Numbered from the stretch's first letter, positions 45,573-54,370 are shown. The stretch is DNA of 64,000 nt from an uncultured Dehalococcoidaceae bacterium (GCA_964414675.1 CAYPYF010000002.1:5532-69531); one strand, 5' to 3'. The notes: generated from the letters alone by a model not told the origin. Program-made: numbers and translations.

Positions 45573-45794
45573 ATGCCGATCGACGCCATTGTCCTGGACA
45601 TCTGGGAGACCTCCTGGAAGATCCCGAACCTCTTCCTGTTCCCCATCGGCTTCATCATCGTGGGCTGGGCCCTCGGCGCTGGCTTCCTCGCCTTCACCGG
45701 CTCGCAGGCCTCCGGCCAGCCGGAGATCCACTTCCCCCACAAGGACGAGCCCGTCATGGTCGAAGAGCCCGAGGACGAGACCCCCGAGCAGTAG
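45573..45794 (+). CDS. small membrane protein (73 aa), hypothetical
   Basis: AGGGAGG lies 5 nt before the ATG. It has one or two hydrophobic helices and an acidic tail, and is followed by a hairpin at 45822-45842. Confidence 0.5.
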   Translation: MPIDAIVLDIWETSWKIPNLFLFPIGFIIVGWALGAGFLAFTGSQASGQPEIHFPHKDEPVMVEEPEDETPEQ

Positions 45795-45821
45795 CGCCCT
45801 CACCTTGATCGACGACGATAC

Positions 45822-45842
45822 GAGGCGGCCACTGGCCGCCTC
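45822..45842 (+). terminator. hairpin after small ORF 45573..45794
   Basis: GAGGCGGCC-ACT-GGCCGCCTC, a 9-bp perfect stem. Confidence 0.45.
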
Positions 45843-45985
45843 CTCGATCCTTCCTCCCCAACCCTCACGTCCACTGGAAAGTCCCCGGACGACGGCGTAG
45901 CATGGCGCCGCTCCGAGGGGCGTACGCCTCGGAGGGATCGCCGCGCCAGACCCGCACGGGACGGCAGCGGCAGGAGGTGCTCACC

Positions 45986-47179
45986 GTGGACTTCGCTGAC
46001 AGCCCGGAACAGGCCGCCTTCCGCAAGGAAGTTGAGCAGTTCTTCGACCAGAACTTCCCCGAGGAGCTGGTCGCCGACCCGAACATCGACCCGCGCACGG
46101 AGGGCCGTCGCCGCGGCGAGGACGGCGAGGCCATGAAGAAGTGGCGCACCGCCCTGGTCGGGAAGGGCTGGATCGCACCGGCCTGGCCGAAGGAATACGG
46201 CGGCGCTGACCTCTCGCCCATGGAGCAGTTCATCCTGAACGAGACCGTCGCCAAGCGCGGCGCGCCGATGGTGCGCGTGCCGGACGTCGGCTCCACGATC
46301 ATGGTCCACGGCAGCGAGGAGCAGAAGAAGGAGTTCCTCCCGCCGATGGTGAAGGGCGAGACCATCTGGTGCCAGGGCTACTCCGAGCCCGGCTCCGGCT
46401 CTGACCTCGCCTCGCTCCAGACCCGGGCGGTCCGCGACGGTGACGACTGGATCATCAACGGCCAGAAGATCTGGACCTCCGGCGCCCACCTCGCCAACTG
46501 GATCTTCGCCCTCGTCCGCACCGACCCGGACGCCCCGAAGCACCGAGGCATCACGTACCTCCTGGCCCCCATGGACACGCCCGGCATCTCGATCCGCCCG
46601 CTCGTCCAGATGAACGACGCGCGCGGCTTCAACGAGACGTTCTTCGAGGACGTGCGCGTCCCCGTCCGCAACGCCGTCGGCGAGATCAACCGCGGCTGGT
46701 ACGTGGGTGCGACCCACCTCGACTTCGAGCGCTCCTCGATCGGCATGTCCGTCGGCCACACCCGCACGCTGAACGAGCTCTCCGACTTCGTGAAGGAGAC
46801 GCCGCAGTCGCGCCTCGGACAGAAGGACGCGCCGAGGCTCGACCTCGTCGACCGCTACGTCGAGGCGCAGATCGCCACGCTGTTCTCGCAGCGCGTCATC
46901 TCGATGCAGGCCCGGGGACTGATCCCCAACTACGAGGCCTCCATGGCGAAGGCGTACTCCACCGAGTTCAGCCAGCGCATCGCCCGCACGGCCACGCGCA
47001 TGCTCGGCCTCTACGGCGGCGTCCGTGGCGACGAGGACAACGGCGGCAAGAACGCGCCGATGGGCGGCCGCTGGGCCACCATGTACCTCTCCACTGTGTC
47101 CGCCACCATCGCCGGCGGCACCTCCGAGATTCAGCGCAACGTCATCGCAACCCGCGGCCTCGGCCTCCCGCGCGGGTAG
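45986..47179 (+). CDS. acyl-CoA dehydrogenase family protein (paralog of 30891..32054)
   Basis: GTG at 45986 preceded by AGGAGG. The protein has WCQGYSEPGSGSDLASLQTRAVRDGDDWIINGQKIWTSGA. Confidence 0.85.
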   Translation: MDFADSPEQAAFRKEVEQFFDQNFPEELVADPNIDPRTEGRRRGEDGEAMKKWRTALVGKGWIAPAWPKEYGGADLSPMEQFILNETVAKRGAPMVRVPDVGSTIMVHGSEEQKKEFLPPMVKGETIWCQGYSEPGSGSDLASLQTRAVRDGDDWIINGQKIWTSGAHLANWIFALVRTDPDAPKHRGITYLLAPMDTPGISIRPLVQMNDARGFNETFFEDVRVPVRNAVGEINRGWYVGATHLDFERSSIGMSVGHTRTLNELSDFVKETPQSRLGQKDAPRLDLVDRYVEAQIATLFSQRVISMQARGLIPNYEASMAKAYSTEFSQRIARTATRMLGLYGGVRGDEDNGGKNAPMGGRWATMYLSTVSATIAGGTSEIQRNVIATRGLGLPRG

Positions 47180-47205
47180 CGGCCTCGCCCCTCCGGCCTC
47201 CGGTT

Positions 47206-47247
47206 TCCGGCCCCCTCCCCCCTCGCGGGGGAGGGTTGGGGTGGGGG
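47206..47247 (+). repeat. dispersed hairpin+G-tract repeat, copy C
   Basis: TCCGGCCCCCTCCCCCCTCGCGGGGGAGGGTTGGGGTGGGGG, 27 nt after the ACAD stop. Confidence 0.85.
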
Positions 47248-47349
47248 ACTGGTCGGGTACCGCCGACCGCGACCGGCATCGAAGCGAACGCCAGGACGGC
47301 GGGCCATTGGCCCGCCGTCCTGCTATCGTCCCGCGTCCGGAGGCCCTCG

Positions 47350-48135
47350 ATGTCCGACGACGCCAACCTCACCCAGCAGGACTCCACGCGCGCGTGGGAC
47401 GCCAACGCCGCCTACTGGGACGACCACATGGGCGACGGCAACCGCTGGCACCTCGAACTCGTCTGGCCGCTGACCGCCGCGCTCCTCGGAGACGTCGAGG
47501 GGCGCGCGATCCTCGACGTCGGGTGCGGCAACGGGCTCTCGTGCCGTCGCCTCGCTACGGCCGGGGCGTCCGTCACCGGGATCGACGCCGCCCCCGCGAT
47601 GCTGGAACGCGCTCGCGGGCGCTCCGAGGACGGCGCTCGCATCGAATACCTCGAGGTGGACGCGACGGACGAGGCAGCACTCATCGCCCTCGGCGAGCGC
47701 CGGTTCGACGGCGCCATCGCCTGCATGGTGCTGATGGACATCGCGGAGGTCGCGCCGTTGTTCCGCGGACTCGCCCGCATCCTCCGGCCCGGCGCACCCT
47801 TCGTGTTCGCCGTGCAGCACCCCGCGTTCAATCAGGACGGCGTGTCCGAGGTGACCGAGCGCCGGTACACCGCGGCCGGTCGCGAGGAGCTCACCTACAT
47901 GAAAGTCACCGGGTACCTCGACGAGTCCGCCTCGTGGGGACTCGCGCTCGCCGGCCAGCCTGAGCCCCAGCCGTACTTCCACCGCCCCATCTCCACGCTG
48001 CTGCGCCCGGCGTTCGAGGCGGGACTGGTCCTCGACGCACTCGAAGAGCCCGCGTTCGCGACGACACAGCACGAGGGCCTGCGCCGCCCGCCGGCGTTCC
48101 CGCCGGTGCTGCTCTGTCGCCTCCGAGTGCCGTAG
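47350..48135 (+). CDS. class I SAM-dependent methyltransferase
   Basis: ILDVGCGNGLSCRRLA (motif I) and LRPGAPFVF. Confidence 0.85.
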   Translation: MSDDANLTQQDSTRAWDANAAYWDDHMGDGNRWHLELVWPLTAALLGDVEGRAILDVGCGNGLSCRRLATAGASVTGIDAAPAMLERARGRSEDGARIEYLEVDATDEAALIALGERRFDGAIACMVLMDIAEVAPLFRGLARILRPGAPFVFAVQHPAFNQDGVSEVTERRYTAAGREELTYMKVTGYLDESASWGLALAGQPEPQPYFHRPISTLLRPAFEAGLVLDALEEPAFATTQHEGLRRPPAFPPVLLCRLRVP

Positions 48136-48161
48136 TCCCCCGGGAGGATGCGCGTACATGA

Positions 48162-48188
48162 AGAGGGCGGGCCGTCGGCCCGCCCTCT
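48162..48188. terminator. bidirectional hairpin between convergent methyltransferase and csbD-like genes
   Basis: AGAGGGCGGGCC-GTC-GGCCCGCCCTCT, a 12-bp perfect stem. Confidence 0.55.
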
Positions 48189-48233
48189 GGTCGTCCGACG
48201 TGAGGCGCGCGAGGAGTGCGCGCGGTCGAGGAG

Positions 48234-48443
48234 CTAGGCGTTCGCTTCCTCGAACTCTTTGACCTGCTGCTCGGCCTCGTCCATGGCGATGCCGTACCGC
48301 TCCTGCACCTTGCCGACGAGCTGCTCACGCTTCCCATCGATCTGCTGCATGTCGTCGTCGGTCAACTCGCCCCACTTCTCCTTGGCGGAGCCGGCGACCT
48401 GCTTCCACTTCCCCTGGATCTGGTCCCACTTGCCATCGTTCAT
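48234..48443 (-). CDS. CsbD-family stress protein
   Basis: KWDQIQGKWKQVAGSAKEKWGELTDDDMQQIDGKREQLVGKVQERYG. Confidence 0.85.
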   Translation of the reverse strand: MNDGKWDQIQGKWKQVAGSAKEKWGELTDDDMQQIDGKREQLVGKVQERYGIAMDEAEQQVKEFEEANA

Positions 48444-48677
48444 CGTGTCGTGTCCTCTCAACGGCTGCGGCGACTCGCCGCGCCACCCTCAGACCGTACG
48501 GATACCGCCGTCCCGTTCCGGCGACACGCAGGGCGTCACGAGTTGCAGTTCCGGATCGCCCGAACTCGCAGCCTGCCAATCCTTCGGACACATCCGCTTC
48601 ACACTCCACTTACCTGCGCCATACGCGTGCTCGGGTAGTGTCATTCCGAACACAACTCCGCCGCTGTTGGAGGACTC

Positions 48678-49451
48678 ATGCCCCGCAATCGCCTGCTGAC
48701 GGCTGCTGCCGTCGCTGTGCTCGCCGTCGCCGCCGTGGCGTTCGGCGGGTGGTACTTCCTGATCCGTGGCGACGAGCCCGCCGAAGTGAGCCTCGCGGAC
48801 GCAGTCTCGTCCGTGACCGGCGCCACAGCCACCACGACCGCGGCATCCGAGGGCGCCCCGAACGGACCGACCGCGACGGAGGCCACTAGCTCGACCGGCG
48901 CTGCCTCGGGCGGTACGTCCGATGACCTGACGGGGACGTGGACGCTCGACTCGGCGAACTCGTTCGTCGGGTATCGCATCGGCGAGGAGCTCCGCGGCAT
49001 CGGCAGCACGACCGCCGTCGGGCGTACCTCGGACGTGACCGGCATGCTGGAGTTCGACGGCAGCGACATCACGGCCGTCGAGGTCGTTGCGGACCTGAGC
49101 ACGCTCGCCAGCGACGATGACCGCCGGGACGGGCAACTCGGACGCCAGGCGCTGGAGACGGATCGGTTCCCGGAGGCGACGTTCGTCCTCACCGAGCCCA
49201 TCGCGATCGACGGCGACCCGGCGGGCGGCGACACGGTCGCGGCGACGGCCGTCGGCGACCTCACCATCCACGGCGTGACCAACCGCGTGGAGATGACCCT
49301 CGAAGGGCAGCTGGTGGACGGGGTGGTCGTCGTGGTCGGGGCCACCGTGATCTTGCTCGCCGACTACGATATCGAGAAGCCGACGGCGATGAGCGTCCTC
49401 TCGGTCTCAGACGAGGCGACGATGGAGATGCAGCTGGTCTTCGTCCGCTAG
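48678..49451 (+). CDS. YceI-like domain protein with N-terminal membrane anchor
   Basis: TWTLDSANSFVGYRI...DDRRDGQL...ETDRFPEATF...LTIHGVT. Confidence 0.85.
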   Translation: MPRNRLLTAAAVAVLAVAAVAFGGWYFLIRGDEPAEVSLADAVSSVTGATATTTAASEGAPNGPTATEATSSTGAASGGTSDDLTGTWTLDSANSFVGYRIGEELRGIGSTTAVGRTSDVTGMLEFDGSDITAVEVVADLSTLASDDDRRDGQLGRQALETDRFPEATFVLTEPIAIDGDPAGGDTVAATAVGDLTIHGVTNRVEMTLEGQLVDGVVVVVGATVILLADYDIEKPTAMSVLSVSDEATMEMQLVFVR

Positions 49452-49476
49452 GGAGCCGCCGGCCGGTGTGACTGAG

Positions 49477-49505
49477 GAAGGGAGCGGCCTAGCGCCGCTC
49501 CCTTC
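49477..49505. terminator. hairpin between convergent yceI-like and DUF3052 genes (overlaps the DUF3052 stop)
   Basis: GAAGGGAGCGGC-CTAGC-GCCGCTCCCTTC, a 12-bp perfect stem. Confidence 0.5.
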
Positions 49506-49893
49506 GCCATACCAGGCGCAGGCCCGACCACGTGTCGTCGATCGCGGCGACCTTGTTGTCGACGAGTCCCAGTGGCAGCGCGACCTCGCGTACCACGTCC
49601 TCGGTTATGTCCGTCGCAACGCCCGAGGCGCGCTTCGGCCAGGCGATCCACGCGCCGCCCGAGGGGTAGATCGCGCGGCCAAGGCCTTCGATCCGTCGGA
49701 TGAGGTCGGCGCGACGAGTGACGAAGCAGACGGCTACGTCGCATCCGCCACGCAGCGTGGTGCGGAACACGACGCCCGGGAGCTCCTCCAGGGTCGACTC
49801 GAAGCCGTCCGGTGCGTTCAGCAGGGCGACACGGGCGTCAGGTCCGATGCCCAGCTTCTTCGCGAGGGACGTCCCGGAGTAGCCCGCAGCCAT
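49489..49893 (-). CDS. DUF3052-like protein
   Basis: MAAGYSGTSLAKKLGIGPDARVALLNAPDGF...WIAWPKRASGVATDITED. The family name is from memory. Confidence 0.7.
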   Translation of the reverse strand: MAAGYSGTSLAKKLGIGPDARVALLNAPDGFESTLEELPGVVFRTTLRGGCDVAVCFVTRRADLIRRIEGLGRAIYPSGGAWIAWPKRASGVATDITEDVVREVALPLGLVDNKVAAIDDTWSGLRLVWRRERR

Positions 49894-49897
49894 CGGG

Positions 49898-50089
49898 TCA
49901 GTCGCCAGCCGTGGCGACGAGGGCGATGAGCCCCGCGCAGATCAGCAGGACGCCGATCCCGACGAGCCCGCCGGTCAGGCGCGTGTTCATCGGTCGGTTG
50001 AACGTGTTGCGGACAAGCCACAGCACGTCGCCTACCACGAAGAGCGCGAGGCCGACGGCGAAGAGGATGAGGGCGACGTTGTCCAGCAC
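49898..50089 (-). CDS. possible small two-TM membrane protein
   Basis: GTG at 50087-50089 within ORF 49898..50761. VLDNVALILFAVGLALFVVGDVLWLV...GLVGIGVLLICAGLIALV. It ends 4 nt before the next gene's start. Confidence 0.35.
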   Translation of the reverse strand: MLDNVALILFAVGLALFVVGDVLWLVRNTFNRPMNTRLTGGLVGIGVLLICAGLIALVATAGD

Positions 50090-50179
50090 CGACCGAGGAT
50101 AGCCGGAGTACCGTGTGGCCGCCGTCAGGGTTGGCCCGTGACGCGATCCGCCGACCTGTGCGGGTGAGAGGAGAGTCCC

Positions 50180-50947
50180 ATGCCAGACCTGCAGGGCCGT
50201 CGCGCGCTGGTGACCGGCGCCGGATCCGGCATCGGCCGCGCGATCTCGATCCGTCTCGCCGCGGACGGCGCGGCCGTCGTCTGCGCCGACCTCGATACCG
50301 CGCATGTCGAGGAGGTCGCGGCGACCATCGCCGAGCACGGGGGACGCGCCGAGGCGCTCACCCTGGATGTCGCGGACGAGTCCGCCGTCCGGGCCGCCCT
50401 CGCTCGGAGCGTCGAGTTGCTCGGCGGCCTCGAGGTGATCGTGAACAACGCCGGCGTCGGAGGCGGACAGGGCTGGGACCGCACCACCGCCGTCAACCTC
50501 GACGGCGTCTACTACGGCCTCGCCCACGGCGCGCGCCTGCTCGCCGAGCGCGGTGGCGGCGCGATCGTGAACACCGCGTCCATCGCCGGGCTGGTCGGCC
50601 TCGTCGGCGTCGCCCCCGCCGAGGGGCTTCCTGACCCGGAGGCAGGCGCCGGCGCGTACGTCGCCGCGAAGCACGGCGTCGTCGGGCTGACCCGGCACTT
50701 CGCGCTCACCTACGCGCGCCACGGCGTACGCGTGAACGCCGTCTGCCCCGGCTACATCCACACGCCGATGATCAGCGGCATCACCGGCAACGAGGCCGGC
50801 CAGCGCTTCCTGGAGTCACTCCACCCGATGGGCCGCCTCGGACAGCCCGAGGAGATCGCGGCGGCCGTCGCCTTCCTCGTCAGTGACGACGCCTCGTTCA
50901 TCACCGGCGTCGCCCTGCCCGTGGACGGCGGCTACACCGCCCGCTGA
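50180..50947 (+). CDS. SDR family oxidoreductase (FabG-like)
   Basis: TGAGSGIGRA and YVAAKHG catalytic motif. Confidence 0.9.
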   Translation: MPDLQGRRALVTGAGSGIGRAISIRLAADGAAVVCADLDTAHVEEVAATIAEHGGRAEALTLDVADESAVRAALARSVELLGGLEVIVNNAGVGGGQGWDRTTAVNLDGVYYGLAHGARLLAERGGGAIVNTASIAGLVGLVGVAPAEGLPDPEAGAGAYVAAKHGVVGLTRHFALTYARHGVRVNAVCPGYIHTPMISGITGNEAGQRFLESLHPMGRLGQPEEIAAAVAFLVSDDASFITGVALPVDGGYTAR

Positions 50948-50968
50948 CCTCCATGCGCCCCCCCGCGC

Positions 50969-51008
50969 TCCGGCCCCTCCCCCCTCGCGGGGAGGGTTGG
51001 GGTGGGGG
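50969..51008 (+). repeat. dispersed hairpin+G-tract repeat, copy D
   Basis: TCCGGCCCCTCCCCCCTCGCGGGGAGGGTTGGGGTGGGGG, 22 nt after the SDR stop. Confidence 0.85.
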
Positions 51009-51076
51009 ACTGCCCGTCGCACGAAAGATGTCCAAACGCCCCACGTCGACAGGTCAGGCCTTGTCCGAGTGGCCGT

Positions 51077-51517
51077 TCATACATCGAGGGGTTCGAGCCG
51101 ACCGTCCGCGTCCAGCGGCATGAACGGATTGTGGGCCACCTCCCACGCATGCCCTTCCGGATCCGCGAAGTATCCCGACGTCCCGCCCCAGTGCATCGTC
51201 TGCGCGGGCGAGAGGATCGTCGCCCCGGCGGCCTCGGCCTCGGCGAGGACGGCCGCGACCTCCTCCGGCGTTTCGACATTGATAGCGATGCTGACGTCAC
51301 GCACCTGAGGGGTCGGAGCGTCCTCGGCGTGCATCTCGCGGTACAGCGACGGACGGTCGTAGAGCGCGAGCACCAGGCCGTTGAGCCAGAAGAATGCCAC
51401 CTCGCCGTCACCGGCGGCCTTCGCGGGCGTCCACCCGAGGCGTTCGTAGAACCCTCGCAGGGCGGCGACGTCCCCGGCGCCGAGGGTCACGAAGTTGAAA
51501 CGAGCGGGTACTGCCAT
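51077..51517 (-). CDS. VOC family protein
   Basis: FNFVTLGAGDVAALRGFYERLGW...GYFADPEGHAWEVAHNP. Confidence 0.85.
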   Translation of the reverse strand: MAVPARFNFVTLGAGDVAALRGFYERLGWTPAKAAGDGEVAFFWLNGLVLALYDRPSLYREMHAEDAPTPQVRDVSIAINVETPEEVAAVLAEAEAAGATILSPAQTMHWGGTSGYFADPEGHAWEVAHNPFMPLDADGRLEPLDV

Positions 51518-51600
51518 GAGGGACCTCCGCGATGCACGCTACCCGACCCTCGTATCGTTCGCGCTTCATCGTGGCACCCGGCCGGACAGAGACATCGGCG

Positions 51601-51627
51601 GGAACCGCCTGGCGCTCGTCTGCGTCA
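51601..51627 (+). promoter_or_regulatory. candidate ECF-type promoter upstream of the lipoprotein gene
   Basis: GGAAC (51601-51605), 17 nt, CGTCA (51623-51627), 46 nt before the ATG at 51673. Confidence 0.25.
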
Positions 51628-51672
51628 CAGAGACACCAGACCGGACCTCACGCCACCTGTAAGGACCTGACC

Positions 51673-52209
51673 ATGACCCGATTCCGATCACTCTCGCTGC
51701 TGCTCGCCGCGGCAGTCCTCTCCCTCGCGATGGTCGCCTGCTCGGACGACTCCGAGGGCGATAGCGACGACACAGGCAGCGACCCCGTCGCCACGGCGCC
51801 CTCGACGGGCACGCCCGATGGCGACGCGCCCGCCTCCTCGGACGACACCGTGACCGCGACCCCGGACGGCACGCAGAACGTCGGCGACCCGAGCCGCGTC
51901 GTCGTCGAAGCCCCGATCGAGGAGTTCGAGGTGATGTTCCTCGAGTCCTTCCCGGTGCAGCACAAGCTTCGGGTGGTCTCTGGGCTCCCCAGCGGCTGCG
52001 CCACGTTCGAGGGCATCGAGGTCGTCCGTGACGGCACCACGTTCACGGTGACCGTCACGAACACGATGCCCGCACCGAACCAGGACATCGCCTGCACGAT
52101 GATCTACGGCTACCGCGAAAGCACCGTGGATCTCGGCAATGACCTCGAATCTGGGACCGAGTACACGGTCCACGTGAACGACCAGGTCACCACGTTCGTT
52201 GCACAGTAG
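51673..52209 (+). CDS. probable lipoprotein, unknown function
   Basis: MTRFRSLSLLLAAAVLSLAMVAC has a lipobox-like end. An acidic low-complexity linker leads to a ~100-aa beta-rich domain with two Cys. Confidence 0.65.
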   Translation: MTRFRSLSLLLAAAVLSLAMVACSDDSEGDSDDTGSDPVATAPSTGTPDGDAPASSDDTVTATPDGTQNVGDPSRVVVEAPIEEFEVMFLESFPVQHKLRVVSGLPSGCATFEGIEVVRDGTTFTVTVTNTMPAPNQDIACTMIYGYRESTVDLGNDLESGTEYTVHVNDQVTTFVAQ

Positions 52210-52254
52210 AGGGGCTCCGCTCGAGCGCCTCAGGCGATCAGAGTCGCCCGCAGG

Positions 52255-52276
52255 GGGGAGTCCACCGGGACTCCCC
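52255..52276 (+). terminator. hairpin after the lipoprotein gene
   Basis: GGGGAGTCC-ACCG-GGACTCCCC, a 9-bp stem 46 nt after the stop. Confidence 0.4.
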
Positions 52277-52375
52277 TCCTGCTGTCTCGCCTCGATCGGT
52301 CGGGCGATGAAGGACGCTCCGGCCCGGCACGGGTAGCATCGGCCAGCATCTCGATCTCGAAAGGACGGGAACGCC

Positions 52376-53281
52376 ATGCCCGATGCGATGCCTGAAGCTA
52401 CGCCGGTCGCTGTCCCCCAGGACCAGCAGGACCCGACCAGGCGATACACCCCCGAGGGTTTCGAGGTCCCCGCACCGTCCGAGGCAGACGTCCTGTACGA
52501 GGCGCGCGACGGGATCGCCTGGATCACCCTCAACCGCCCGCTCATCCTCAACGCCGTCGACTGGTCGCTGACGCTCCACCTCGGCCGCTGCCTCGAGCGT
52601 GCCGAGCAGGACGAGGACATCCGCGTCGTGGTGCTGCGCGGCGCGGGCCGCTCGTTCTGCGCCGGCGGCGACCTCCAGTCCGCGAAGTTCTACCCGAAGC
52701 CGGACGACCTCCCGCAGCCCTCGATGATGGACAACGTGCAGCGCATCTGGCGCATGCCGAAGCCCGTGATCGCCGCCGTCCGAGGCCACGCGCTGGGCCA
52801 GGGCATCGAGATCGCCGGGATGTGCGACCTCACCATCGCTGCCGACGACGCGCAGTTCGGGGAGATCCAGATCCGCCACGGCTTCGGCCCGCCCATGCTC
52901 GTCACGCCGTTCCTCACCGGCCTCAAGAACGCCAAGTTCATCATGCTCAGCGGCGAGGTCTTCCCCGCCGAGGAGGCGCACCGCCTCGGCCTCGTGAACC
53001 AGGTCGTCCCGGCCGCCTACCTGGACGCCGCCGTCGAGGCGCAGGCGAAGAAGCTCGCCTCGCTCCCGCCCACGGCTGTGGCCCTCAACAAGCTCGTCGT
53101 GAACCGCGTCTACGAGCTCGCGGGCTTCGAGGCCGCGATGAACTACCGCGACGACCCGGTGATCCAGGCGCTCAACGACTCATCCCGCGACGACAAGGTC
53201 TCCGCCGAGCGCCTCAACACCCTGCGCGAGCAGGGCTGGGAGGCGTTCAAGCAACAGCGCGACGCCGCCTTCAAGGACTGA
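52376..53281 (+). CDS. enoyl-CoA hydratase/isomerase (crotonase) family protein
   Basis: ITLNRPLILNAVD...VVVLRGAGRSFCAGGDL. Confidence 0.85.
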   Translation: MPDAMPEATPVAVPQDQQDPTRRYTPEGFEVPAPSEADVLYEARDGIAWITLNRPLILNAVDWSLTLHLGRCLERAEQDEDIRVVVLRGAGRSFCAGGDLQSAKFYPKPDDLPQPSMMDNVQRIWRMPKPVIAAVRGHALGQGIEIAGMCDLTIAADDAQFGEIQIRHGFGPPMLVTPFLTGLKNAKFIMLSGEVFPAEEAHRLGLVNQVVPAAYLDAAVEAQAKKLASLPPTAVALNKLVVNRVYELAGFEAAMNYRDDPVIQALNDSSRDDKVSAERLNTLREQGWEAFKQQRDAAFKD

Positions 53282-53316
53282 CCGAGGGTAGTGGGCTGCT
53301 GACCCACTCGTATCGA

Positions 53317-53511
53317 TCGGTTCAGGCTCTTGCGATGGCGGGCGGCACGCTCGGCGCCGGTCTCCTCGGTGAGTTCGTGGGCATCGTGCCGCTGCTGATG
53401 ACGCAGGTGGTCGTCTACGGCGCAGGTGGCATGCTCGTCCTCGCGCTGTTGCGAGGGAGGCCACTCGGCCCGTCTGAGGCTAGTCCGCCCGCTCGTCCAG
53501 CAGGTCGGTGA
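53317..53511 (+). pseudogene. probable remnant of the 3' end of an MFS transporter gene
   Basis: SVQALAMAGGTLGAGLLGEFVGIVPLLMTQVVVYGAGGMLVLALLRGRP looks like the last two TM helices of a DUF894-type MFS. No upstream body of the gene is present. Confidence 0.3.
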
Positions 53512-54370
53512 GGAACTCGCGTAGCGTGAGGCGCGTGACCTCCGGTTGCTCCAGCCACGGGAAGTGCCCGCAGTCCTCGAGGATCGCGAGCTCCGCGTTC
53601 GAGAGCCGGAGGGCCAGCCGCGCGGTTGCGCTCAGCGGACGCGGGTCGCCGACGCCGCCCATGAGGAGCACTGGCACGTCGATCGCGCTCACGCGGTCGG
53701 CGAACCCCTCGTCGAGGAGCCTCGCCCAGTCCGCCACCATCGCGCGGTTCTGCTCGTAGTTCGGGCCGGGCGCGCGCCACAGCGCAGCGGCACGGTCGAG
53801 GTCGTTGCGGCGGTCGGCAAAGTCCGTCGCCCACGAGAGCGCGCAGAACTCGCGGTCGACCTCCTCGTTCCAGACGCCCGCGGCCTGCTGGATGCTCAAC
53901 TCCGCGAGGCGGCTCCGGTGCTCCGGCGACCGCCGCGACGCCGCCTCGGCCCGCGCCTCGTCGCGCCACTCGAGGTCGACGCCCGTCCCGCTGATGAGCA
54001 CGAGCGCGGCGACGCGCTCCGGGTGCTCGACGGCGTATGCGAGGGCGAGCGCGACGCCGAACGAGTGCCCGCCGACGATCATCCGTGGCTGCCACCACTG
54101 CTTCCGCAGCGCCTCAAGGTCCGCGACCGCGGTGGCGATGTCGTACGGGCCGCCTCGGTCAGAGCGCCCGGAGCCGCGCTGGTCGTAGCGGTAGACCTCC
54201 ACGAGATCGTCGACCATCGCCGCCAGCGGCGCGAAGTCCTCCCACAGCCCCGGCCCGCCATGCAGCAGCACGAGCGGCGGCGCCTCGCCCGCAGCCGTCG
54301 AGGACGCCGTCCCCTGCTGGCTGGTCCAGATCTGCGCGCCGTCGAGGTCGACCATCGCTTCGGTTGCCAT
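53480..54370 (-). CDS. alpha/beta hydrolase (proline iminopeptidase-like)
   Basis: PLVLLHGGPGLWEDF...YDQRGSGRS...GGHSFGVALA. Confidence 0.85.
   Translation of the reverse strand: MATEAMVDLDGAQIWTSQQGTASSTAAGEAPPLVLLHGGPGLWEDFAPLAAMVDDLVEVYRYDQRGSGRSDRGGPYDIATAVADLEALRKQWWQPRMIVGGHSFGVALALAYAVEHPERVAALVLISGTGVDLEWRDEARAEAASRRSPEHRSRLAELSIQQAAGVWNEEVDREFCALSWATDFADRRNDLDRAAALWRAPGPNYEQNRAMVADWARLLDEGFADRVSAIDVPVLLMGGVGDPRPLSATARLALRLSNAELAILEDCGHFPWLEQPEVTRLTLREFLTDLLDERAD

Noticed and set aside
45853-45866. Possible reverse-orientation half copy of the repeat (CCTCCCCAACCCTC = reverse complement of GAGGGTTGGGGAGG)
   Set aside because: Only about 11-14 nt match, it lacks the hairpin half, and the sequence is low-complexity. 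That is too short to call in GC-rich DNA.
48462-48677. Stress-sigma (SigB/SigF-type GTTT-N-GGGTA) promoters for the divergent csbD-like and yceI-like genes
   Set aside because: A GGGTAG hexamer is present at about 48633, but there is no acceptable -35 at the right spacing. The minus-strand GGAAC...CGTAC has only a 14-nt spacer.
50816-51022. Short ORFs reading through the G-rich repeats (also 47142..47405, 60927..61208, 55752..55958, 20548..20805)
   Set aside because: Their only common feature is the repeat-encoded peptide (PHPNPP..GG or PSP.RGG.GWG). They lack SD sites and a protein-like context. They are by-products of the repeat, not genes.
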